From the NCBI GenBank assembly GCA_051294375.1, contig CM119264.1, positions 13,536,813 to 13,600,812 of the forward strand: a DNA stretch of 64,000 nt. The letters are read 5' to 3'. Of this stretch, positions 48,008 through 58,955 are shown piece after piece. How positions within the stretch are numbered: position 1 is the first letter of the stretch; each line of letters opens with the position of its first letter. A program made the translations under genes and the position numbers. The notes below the pieces were generated by a model, which was not told where the DNA came from, made no database searches, and saw only the letters and a list, made by a program, of their open reading frames with translations. The DNA is from Paraspadella gotoi (lineage: Eukaryota > Animalia > Chaetognatha).

Positions 48008-51000
48008 ATGTTTGGAAAACTGGTGTTTAATACGTTTGTTCGTCGGGATCGGCGGAGTCGATCTTCGTGGAGTTCCGCACTTGAACCCTTCTATCCAATT
48101 CCTGGGAAAAATCCTACTGTTATGAAGGCTTCGGAGGCTGTGAAAAAGATCACCAGCAACGACCTTGTCTTTTTGCAAGGCACCTCGGCTACGCCCAATC
48201 ATTTGGTCGCCGCGATGACCGATCACGGAAAGGCGTCTCAATTGAAGAATGTGAAAGTGTGCCACATCCACACCGAAGGTCCCGCGCACTACAACGATCC
48301 CGACTGCGAGGGGATATTTCGCACGCAGAATTTCTTCACGGCGTCGAACGTGAGGAAGGCTCTAAACGAAGGGCGTGCCGACGCAGTGCCAATCTTTCTT
48401 TCTGAGATTCCGCTATTGTTTCAACGCGGCCTCTACGAGCCCCAAGTTTCGCTTATTTCCGTGACTCCGCCGGATTCTCATGGATACTGCAGTCTTGGAA
48501 CAAGGTGGGCTAGGAGTTGTAAAAAAAATCGGAAAAATGATTGTAAAAGTTTTAGATATTAAAATTACGTCAATTTCTAATGTTGAATTTCCTTCTCCAC
48601 CATAGTTGCTGTCCTTTTGTTATTTTTCCTCTTCCATGACAAGCTCACTTTTAACTCTTTTGCGTATAAGTGGCTTAGTCGTCGTTGTCGTCGTCGTCGG
48701 CGTTCCAAATTATAGATCGCCTTTTTTATGATTAAATTTGGGTGTATGAAGCTGAAAATTTATATACAGCTTCTCATCATCGATGTGCTTAAAATTAAGT
48801 CTGGACAGTTATTAAATATGTTTTTGTTTACGTTTTATCAAAACAAACAAATTTTCTTTTTTATTTTTATATTTCTTTCTCTCTCTCTTTTTTCTTTTAA
48901 TTACATGTCTCTCTCCCTCTCTCTTTTCCTAATCACCGATTCATAGGGAAAAAAACGAGTCTGCAGCTGGCTCTGCAGGGGCTTATTCTTTTTCTCTCTT
49001 TTCTCCTGCTGCTTCTGCTGCTGCATTTTGATTTCTTTCTTTTTTCTCTCTTTCTCTGCGTTTTTATTAGAAACTAACTTTAATTTTTCTCGGTACTTTG
49101 TGTTTATAAATTTTTTTTTCTCATATCGCAAAATATAATTTTTATTTCTGTTTATAAATTAATTTCTTTTCTCAAATTTGATTTTTTTAATATCAAAATT
49201 TGTCGTCAATCCGGATTTTTCTTATGCGATTGCGACGATCCTTATGCTTTTAAGATTTTTAGTGAATGTTTTGCTCGTCATTTTTCGGTCGGTTGGTCGG
49301 TCCATTAATTTGTCTCACTTTTTAAATATTTGTAAGCTGGCCATTATTTTATCAATTAAGTTTATATTTAGTAAAAAGGTAAGGTAAAATAAGATCATTC
49401 GTGTGCATTCATATCATACTTGTACAGCCAAATGATCATTTAAAAAAAAGGCATAATTCAAAAAATATTAAGATATTTTTGATAATATTTAGCAGACTTA
49501 TCCGTAAGTTAAGAGTAATTGATTCATATACAGAAGGCTTCATATTATAAAATCAGGTAAGCGTATTTTGTGACCAGAATCTGTTCCCACCAAACTCCCC
49601 GATCGAATTTTGTTAAATTTTACATATAGAGTCGTAATGACCAACTGGTGGTATATTCATACCACCTCACGTCCATGATCGTTCAGCCAATACCATTGAC
49701 TCAGAGGGGGAACTCACCATCCCAGGCGTAGTGTTCAATCCACAATCCTTACGACTTCCCTCTGCGTTGGCAAAGCGAGAGCGTCCTAGGGTAACCGCGC
49801 CAGTGACTGGATGCGTCACTGAGGGTCGGAAGCCCCCAAAGTCAACAGTGAGATGCCACATCCCAATGGGCATCACAGGCAACCCGGCTGTTGCCATAGT
49901 ACCTCATTTTATAATATGAAGCCTTCTGTATATGTAGTCGCGTGACCATATAGAAAGTCATATGATCACTAGGTAAATGCAGTATATTTCGTATAACATT
50001 TGGCTGTTTTAACTTAAACTTTGCAGATAAATTATCAAGTATCAACGTTTGTTATATTTCATAATTATGTAATCATGTGATCATTTAAAAATGTTTTTAA
50101 AAAAATCACTGTGGTGCATATTTTATTCTCTATTATGTCTATCAAGTCCAAGTTATTTCTCTGATTATTTTTTACAGCATTGACATCACACGAGCTGCCC
50201 TCAAACGCTCCCGATATATCATCGCCCAGGCAAATAAGAACCTACCCCGAACATTTGGCGATGGTTTCATTCATATATCGCATATTGATGCCTTAGTTTA
50301 CCACGATTCGCCTTTGCCTCAGTTAAAGATACCAACTCTGACTGCTGAGGATAATGCCATTGGGAAATTTATTGCAGAAAATATAGTAGAGAATGGCGCC
50401 ACATTGCAAATGGGCATTGGAGCGATTCCTGATGCAGCTTTAACACAACTTTTTGGCCACAAAGATTTGGGTATTCACACGGAAATGTTTTCAGATCGCG
50501 TAGTTGACTTAGTAGAAAAAGGCTGCGTCACCAACGCGTTTAAGGCAGTTTTGCCCGGAAAGATTCTGACGTCATTTTGCGTCGGAACGCAGAAGCTGTT
50601 CGATTTTGTCAACGACAATCCGTTTGTTGTGTTCAAAAGAAGCAATATGGTTAACCACACATCATTCATCATGAAGGTATTACGCTTTTGTTTTTAGCGT
50701 TATGTGAAATATCTGTCAGAAACCAAAGATCAAGGTGATGCAATAACTAAATGCTCACATTAAGCACTTAACCTTTTTTTAGCCGGATCTGCTTACAGCA
50801 GATTCCGGCTCTATAATTCTTTGTCGGTCCGCTAAAATATTTCAAAAAAACTCAAAATTATTTTTTTAGTGATTTGACATCATAGAATCATTAGCTTGTA
50901 ATTAGTGAATTTATCTAAATAACAATATGTCAAATTCATTTTCATTTTTTTTTATGAATGGGAAGTTTTCTCTGCTTACTCCCCTTGTGTCTAATTGTCT

Positions 51001-52322
51001 AATTGTCTAATTATCTAATAATTTAGAGGTATTTTCAAAAATCTTATATAATTACTATATTTTTTACTTTTTTTCAATTCTTTCAAACAAAAACAACATC
51101 ATAAAAACATTTTAAATTAATAAAAAAAAATTCGTGGAATAGCCCATTGGAAAGGGTTCATTGACTGACCTAATGATCTAATTTTTTATATTTCTTTACT
51201 GCCCCCATTTCACAAGACATAAAAGGTCATGATTATCATGTCAATATTTCCAGATTATCTGTACCCTTTCTGCAACCTGCATTCCGAATTTTTTTTTCCC
51301 TTTCAAATGTATTAAATAAAAAAAATTATTAGAAAGAACGATTGGCGTGGAGGATTCCATTGGTAAGCCTTTGTTACTACACTTCCCAATCTAATTTTTA
51401 AACGAGGTTTTTTTCCGTCTAGTTGAGACATAACACTAACTATTGGTACTATTAATTATTATTTTTTTTATAATATTACAATTCTATAAATAAATATGAA
51501 TAAGTAACTTTTTAAATAAATTTATCATCTTTCACCCTATATTCAGTCATATCTAAAAAACAAAAAAAGATTTTGTATATCAACATATGAAACCATAACG
51601 TTTCAAAAAATAAAAAGAAATATAATAATATTGAACAGTGAATTTTTTTATGCTCGGAACAGTAACGTTACGCCATTTTTCAATGTCTCATATGCATTTC
51701 AATAAAAATGAGAGTTACCTAGTTTTAATGTTACTCTTTCAGTTTTTAATTGCATATTTTTTTAATTTTTCCTCGTCTCGGAATCATAACTACTAACTAG
51801 ATTTATCATATTTGGTATTTATAAATAATAATTATAAACTAAATTTAATATTGGCTTACATATTTGTACATAATCATTATCACCGTGCTTTAAAATGTTT
51901 TTCCCCCCTTCAAGAATCCCAAGGTAACTGCAATCAACTCTTGCATTGAGATTGATCTCTCGGGCCAAGTCTGCGCAGACTCTATCGGTCACCGCATCTA
52001 TTCCGGAGTCGGTGGCCAGGTCGACTTCATGCGCGGCGCGGGGCTCGGCGTAGACGGACGTGGTAAGCCTATCATCGCTCTACGATCCGCCACGAACAAA
52101 GGAGAATCCAAGATAGTTTCGGCGCTCAAACCTGGCGCCGGAGTGGTCACCACCCGCTCTCATATGCACTATGTTGTCACCGAGTATGGCGTCGCTTTTC
52201 TCTTCGGGAAGAACGGACGGCAACGAGCCTATCACCTCATCCGCATCGCTCATCCGGATCATCGAGAGAGATTGGAAAAAGAAGCGCATGGGATCCTCAA
52301 ATGCATGCCGTCTCCTGATTAA
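48008..52322 (+). CDS. Acetyl-CoA hydrolase/transferase (4-hydroxybutyrate CoA-transferase family), 3 coding exons
   Basis: ADAVPIFLSEIPLLF, VTPPDSHGYCSLG, GATLQMGIGAIPDA, DLGIHTEMFSD, SGVGGQVDFMRGA, GAGVVTTRSHMHYVVTEYG, IAHPDHRE. Confidence 0.93.
49530..49929. mobile_element. Tc1/mariner-type MITE (TA TSD) interrupted by a solo LTR; another left end at ~61574
   Basis: TA|cagaaggcttcatattataaaat.aggta ... tacctcattttataatatgaagccttctg|TA. Confidence 0.8.
49646..49898 (+). mobile_element. Solo LTR of the 5S-like TRIM
   Basis: Colinear with 47357-47605 over its whole length and ends ctgttgccata. Confidence 0.9.
50774..50832 (+). mobile_element. 5' end of a Helentron/DINE-like element (monomeric relative of the palindrome family)
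   Basis: tttttt-agccgga(-)tctgc-ttaca-gcagattccggct-ctataattctttgtcggtccgc. The ctctataattc..tttgtcggtccgc signature recurs at 53497-53522. Confidence 0.6.
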
Positions 52323-52441
52323 ATCCGCTAATTTCTTTAGTTGAACTTAATAAAAACTTTTTACTCATTGAAATTTAAACGGATGACTAAACATAAGGTC
52401 AACAATAAATAATAATATAAGATGCCCCCCCGTTAGATGGA

Positions 52442-54250
52442 AAGTTTGAGCAAACAATGTCGGATCTGCCCACAATCATTAGCGGTAATTAATTAATTAA
52501 TTATTTAATTAATATAAACTATCTAAACTAAAATAATAATTGTTATTATTGTCGTTGCTTTTGTCGTGGTCAGTGATGAAAAGACCTAAAAACAAACAGT
52601 TCAGATCAAATTAATTAATTTATTAATTAAATTATTATTTTAGTTTATATATTTATTATTTGTATTAATTTGATCTGAATTGTTTGTTTTTAGGTTTTTG
52701 TTTTTTCACTGACCACGACAAAAGCAATGACGACGATGATGGCGACGACGACAATAATGCCGATAACGATTGACTTGTTTGATCTTTGATTGTTTAAATA
52801 ATTAATTAATTTATAAATAAATTGATTGAACAAATAAATAATAGATAACTAAATAAATTGATTGATTGAATAATTGATTAATTAACCAATTAATTAATTA
52901 TTTATTAATTAATTGACTAATTGATTAACTAATTGATTATTTGATTAATTAATACATCTTGCATTTACATTTAATATAAAAAGAAAAAGAAGCATAATCA
53001 CTTAGTGAAATAGGTTTTTTGTTTTTTCTATTTAAACTCATTACCATTCTGACGATTCCATCGAAACTTGATTTCCAGCTTAATCACACACTTTCCTACC
53101 CACATACAAAATTTCAAGTCAATCGCCCCGTCCACCCATGAGTTATTGACGTTCAAATAGTGAAATAGATCTTTTTGTTTTTTCTATTTAAACTCATTTC
53201 CACTCGCACGATTCCATGTAAACTTCATATCCAGCTCAATCACACATTTACCTACCCACTCACAAAATTTCATTACAATCCATCCATCCAATCACGAGTA
53301 ATTGGAGTTTTAAGGTGGGACTGACGGACAGATGAACATCGTTTTTTTTTTCGCATAATTTATCATAATTGGATGTTCTGACATGATATAAGTGAATGCC
53401 CGGCAAGATTGAGGGGGCGGACCGACAAAGTGAATTATAGAGTCGGGATCTTCACCATGTTTTTAATACGTTTTTAGCAGATGGTGAAGATCCCGACTCT
53501 ATAATTCACTTTGTCGGTCCGCCCCCCAATCTTGTCAGGCATTCACTTATATCATGTCAGAACATCCAATTATGATAAATTATGACATGTGTAAATCCTT
53601 TCTGTTTTGCTGTGTTTATAGATTATAAGACAGTTTAATTATTTTTTAATAATAATAATAACAAATTATGCAAAAAAACGATGTCCGTCCATCCCATCTT
53701 AACATAAAACACCAATTACTCGTGATTGGATGGATGGATTGTAATGAAATTTTGTATGTGGTGAGGGTAGTGTGTGATTGAGCTGGATATGAAGTTTAGA
53801 TGGAATCGTCCAAGTGGAAATGAGTTAAAATAGAAAAAAACCAAAAAAATATATTTCATTATTTGAACACCAATTACTCATGAGTGGATGGGGCAATTGA
53901 CCTGAAATTTTGTATGTGGGTAGGAAAAAGTGTGATTAAACTGGAAATCAAGTTTTGATGGAATCGTTTGAGTGGAAATGAGTTTAAATGGAAAAAAACA
54001 AAAAACTGTTTTACTAATTGATTATTTTTCTTTTTTTTATATTAAATGTAAATGCAAGATGTATAAATTAATCAAATAATTAATCAGTTAATTAATCAAT
54101 TAGTCAATTAATCAATCAAAACAAACATTTTGGATCAAGTTAATTCAAGTTAATTAATTAATAAGTCAATTAATTAATTAATTATTAATTAATTATTTAA
54201 TTACCGATAATAATCGTGGCCAGATCCGACATTGTTTGCTCAAACTTGTT
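52442..54250. mobile_element. 1.8 kb palindrome: two Helentron/DINE-like units head-to-head around a shared 5' hairpin
   Basis: Near-perfect inverted repeat 53353-53584 around a ~22-nt loop. Outer ends aagtttgagcaaacaatgtcggatct / agatccgacattgtttgctcaaactt. Each arm has two ~160-bp internal tandem units. Confidence 0.85.
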
Positions 54251-54254
54251 GTAA

Positions 54255-55489
54255 CACGGTAGGGCAGAGAGGATATGAAAGAACAAAAAAAGTGCCATCT
54301 CTGAAACCTATAAATTCTTAAAGTATACCCATGAGACACTTAATGTGGTAGGTCAGTAAAATTCGATAAAGGCAGGTTTTTTTTTAAATGCTCATTAAAG
54401 TTTTTTAAATTTTTTTTATAAAAATTTTTAAGTAGTTTAGTGAATATGCTTACAATTTAAATGTTTATATGTCTATCATTATCTACAAAGCATAAGCTTT
54501 AATTTGAAATTACTCCAACTTTCTATTACTTTTCGCTATTGAAATATAAGTAAAAATTAAATATATTTTTTTTAAAAGATTAATCAATTAGTACCATTGA
54601 ACAGATTATTTCTTAAAAATAAAAATACAAATATGTTCTTAAAATACAGTTCTACTTATTAGGCTTCAAAATAAGTTTTTTTTTTAATTAATAATAATTT
54701 TAATATAAAAAATTTTAAAAATGAAAAAAATATTTTGAAAAATATTAATATATACTCTAATTAAGTATTAAAAGTTAAAGCATTCTGTTTGTTAATATTT
54801 TTACACATTTGTCTATTAATAATATATATCAAATATTGAGTGAGTTATTATTATAATATAATTTTATGAATAAAATTTTTTTTGATAAGTAATAATTATA
54901 TAATTACTTTTTAAAGCTGGATATGATTTTAATTAAAGTGCTCAACTAATATTTATCTGTTATTTTATTTGAGATTAAGTTTTAATTAAATATCACATTT
55001 TTCTTAAAAAAATAAAATTAATTATCTGTATTATTTATTTTTTATAATAAATTTCTATAAATTTTTTTAAAAATTTGTTTTTAGGGCTTAATAAGTAGAA
55101 CTGCATTTTGAGAACCTATTTGTACTTTTATTTTTAAGAAATAATCCGTTTGAAAGAACTGATTGATTATTAATTTTTTAATTATGATTTTTACTTATAA
55201 TTCAATAACAAAAAATTGTAAAAAGTTGGGAGAGGTTTCAAATTAAAGCTTATGCTCTGTAGATAATGATAGATGTATAGACATTAAAATTGTAAGCATT
55301 TTCACTAAACTATTTAAAAAATTTTATAAAAAATTTTCAAAAACTTTAATGAGCATTTAAAAAAAAACCTGCCTTTATCGAATTTTACTGACCTACCACA
55401 TTAAGTGTCTCATGGGTTTACTTTAAGATTTTATAGGTTTCAAAGATGGCACTTTTTTGTTTCTTTCACATCCTCTCTGCCCTACCGTG
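54255..55489. mobile_element. Transib-like MITE: CACGGTAG...CTACCGTG, ~400-bp TIRs, 5-bp TSD tgtaa/cgtaa
   Basis: Long near-perfect TIRs and CAC/GTG termini. The 5-bp flanks differ by one CpG-type transition. Confidence 0.8.
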
Positions 55490-57092
55490 CGTAATACAAC
55501 TGTATTTTTTTATATTGGAGTCAGAAGATGGCTTAATTTTGAATTCGCCGATAGTGTGAGGGGGGTTTAAGAAAAGGGGTAGTTTAAGATTATGGTAATT
55601 ATTTAATTTTTAAATTTAATTTTTATTATTTTTGTATAATAAAATTTTTATATATTGGTATTCATACAAAGGTTTCGGCTAATTTTATATTCGCCGATTA
55701 ATGTTAAAAGGGTTTAAGATTAGGGGTGGTTAGGATTAAGGAGGTTTAGGTTTATGGGGTTTTGGGTTATGGTCAAGTTTAATATAGATAAGTAATAGTT
55801 TTATTTTTTTTTTTAATTATAATATTTTATATATTATTTATAAGAACGAAAATCCCAGTCGGGGAATGCGTAATTTTACCGTATTTATCTTATTTTACAT
55901 CATTTACAACTATTTTTATGTATTCGGTGTTCTTTTTTTTTTTTAATTATTTTTATGAAAAGAGCGACATCGATCCCTTTACGTCGCCCAATCTTTAAAA
56001 ATTACCGGGAATTGAAATTTGAAACAGAAAAGGCTTCATACTATCGACGCCGAGAACGATTGTCCTTTCATTCCAGATGTGGTACCTTGTCCTTACTTAT
56101 GACTCTTTTCGCCTATTAATCTAAATGAAATCCTACACAATGGATGTAACTAATAGAGAGATAGTTACTATCTCTCTAATGCCCTTCTTTGTACAATATT
56201 CATAAACATTAAACTTGAAATATTGTACCATAGTTAAAAGAAAATTCATTTTCCTAAAGTTGTCAAAATTAAGAAATTAGCTCAAAATTATAACAATCTT
56301 TTAGCAAATAAATACATGGAGGTTCAGCTCTTTTGGAACTAACTTTAAAAAATCGTTTGGATGGGTAAATACAAAAATAATCGAATAGAAATTGGTACAC
56401 TTCTAAAAAATCGTATTGACAATACAATCAATAAAAGATTTACCTTTGGCAAGCATAACCTTCCCTAAAGGTTCAGAGAAGGCGGCATATGCTTTTCCGA
56501 CCGCGCCCGTTGGAAATGCTGTCATTTCTGTTATTATTGTTGCTGTCAGAAAATCGACAGTTCTAGAGGGGATGTGTGGGACATTCTGCTTCTCTATCTT
56601 ACATTTTTACTAATCAGGGGGAGTGCAGTCCCAAAAACTGCGCGTCCAAAAGTTAGGAGTTATCATTTTTTATCTTGATTTTTAAAAAAATTTCCTAAAA
56701 ATTTGTAAGGAAGCAGCGCGAAGAATTTTTACATGTTATGCCAAAAGCTTTATTTACAGTATTTGTTATTGGATTTTTCATACGTTTTGATATCGATTGA
56801 AAGAAAATTTAGCTTAGTTTCCAAATATAAACCTTTTTTCCTCTATCATAAACCGTTTTTATGCTGTAAGCACCTGAAGTTAGTCCAATTAGAGCTGGAC
56901 CTCCCTGTAAAACATGAAAAATGAAACTTGTTTCGAATTATCAGTGGATAAGAAGAATTTATCTATTATCTAAATTTTGATATTAAATAAATACTGATTT
57001 GGCATAATTGTACTTTCGCCGACCTGAACTGAGCCGGTCGGTTATTTTTTATTCAAATAAATTATTACTGTAGTTTGATATTATAAGGATAT

Positions 57093-57738
57093 TATGGTAG
57101 ACTAAAATCCACCAACCGTTCATCAGCGGCCATTGGTGCCGGAGGCAAGTCATTCGCCTCCCAATCCAAAGGTCCGGGGTTCTAGCCCGGTGGTCGCCTA
57201 GCAGTTAAGAGGGACGGGCGCTTAACCCGCCTGTAACACGATGTTACAGCGTGATGCGAAGCTCAGGGACTACTTATATTGAACGGTTCTGTCATTAACA
57301 CAACAATTATCACTGTCTCTTCATTGGTGAGCCCGACTTCCGAATACAACAGCAACAGCAACACTTTCAGGCAACATGCCTCATCCTGGCGATGTACTTT
57401 CCGCCAACAACACATCAGGCGGCATGCCTCAACTTGGTGACGAACTTTCCACCAACAACAATTCACTGAAGAGACTCAACAGACTTCTCCCTATGGGAGG
57501 GGGATGTATGGTGGACTAAAATCCACCAACCGTTCATCAGCAGCCATTGGTGAAGGAGGCAAGTCATTCGCCTCCCAACCCAAAGGTCCGGGGTTCTAGC
57601 CCAGTGTTCGCCTAGCAGTTAAGAGGGATGGGGCACTTAACACGCCTGTAACATGGTGTTACAGCCTGATCTGAAGCTCAGGGACTGCTTATATTGAACG
57701 GTTCTGTCATTAACACAACAATTATCACTGTCTCTTCA
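57093..57738 (+). mobile_element. Full-length TRIM with tRNA-derived LTRs (57093-57323, 57505-57738), PBS TGGTGAGCCCGAC, PPT GGGAGGGGGA, TSD ATAT; nested in the TTAGGG-type MITE 57001-57855
   Basis: Direct ~232-bp repeats ending ctcttCA. A 72-nt tRNA-like segment at 57126-57197 has acceptor stem gcggcca/tggtcgc and A/B-box-like motifs. atat on both sides; LTR1 lacks its initial TG. Confidence 0.9.
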
Positions 57739-58955
57739 ATATAAATAAAAATTTATTTAGGTTTAGGGGTCGTTAGTGTTAAGGGTGATTAAAGGTAGTT
57801 AAGGTTAGGGTTAAAGGTGGTTACTGGTAACTGTCGGCGAAAGTAAAATTAACCCAACAAGATATTAATTTTTGAAAAAAAATTATATCAAAGGTTTGTT
57901 TTATTTTTATTTGATCAATGCATATAGTAGATATGAGATGAGTATAATGATATAAGATGAGCATCATTCGCTAGATTTTAGAAGCTAAGTATGTAATTTT
58001 TATATGCTCGAATTGCTCTGTGATATAATTTTTTTTCGGACTCATATCATGCTCCGGAGGCACAAAATCGGCAAAGGGCGTCCAGATCCGAGTAAAGGTT
58101 TCTCATATTTTAAATTTAAATGAGACGACATAAGAAATAAAAGGGAAGAGGAAAAACAAATTTGAAAAAGAGAAAAAGGATCGAAACTCTGGTCCCGATT
58201 TGCCGCCGTCATCCTCCTCTTCTTCCTCGCTTCGTCGCAGCGCGGACTCACAAGTAGAAAAGTAAAGAGCGCCGCTGCCGCCTCCGCTGCCGCCGCCTCG
58301 CCACATTGAGAGAAAAAGAGAGCTCCGCGTTTTCCGCTTTCGTCTCCTACCTTTTTATTCCGCGCTTCACTGGAGTTCACGACGACCGAAAAATAATACA
58401 CATTTTGATTTTTGCAAATTATCCGTATTTAAAGTTTACATTTTGTTCGAAATTTCCACGATTATTACACCGTATAATCATTCCCTAATGCCTCTTACGT
58501 TTGTCTAAATTTTTTGCTTGCCCGGCCTTCTATTTACAGTTTGATTGGTTTTTTTAATTAATATATTATATCCGTCTCCCATTCCCTATAAAAAACCGTC
58601 GGCATTTTCCGCGACCCGGTCTATCGATCTCGTCCAGAATCGGCACTTTCTGAAAATTCTCCTGAACCAACTATCGCGGTGAGTTGGAGATCCACGCGGT
58701 GTTCTTTTCTTTTATTTCTTTACTCATTGTAATCGATGCGCGGACACGCGTCCCGTTCAGCGGTTATCAGACTCTTCGTTTTAGATCGACATAACCAGTA
58801 GACACGGTTGTTTTTGGACTTTTAAGTGAAAACAATTTTATATTTCTTCCGATATTAGATTTTTTTTTTATCTGGGTGATTAAATTCTTTTGCTCGCCTT
58901 TTTTTTCCGCTAAACTTTCTAATAATACATTTTCTTATTTTGTTTTATTTACCAG

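Noticed and set aside
48008-52322. Horizontal transfer of a bacterial CoA-transferase
   Set aside because: The gene has spliceosomal introns and the family is widespread in invertebrates.
57108-57130. Minus-strand CTGATGA as a hammerhead core
   Set aside because: No stem II or GAAA follows.
57126-57197. Functional tRNA gene
   Set aside because: D and anticodon stems do not pair, there is no T-run terminator, and it is duplicated as part of LTRs.
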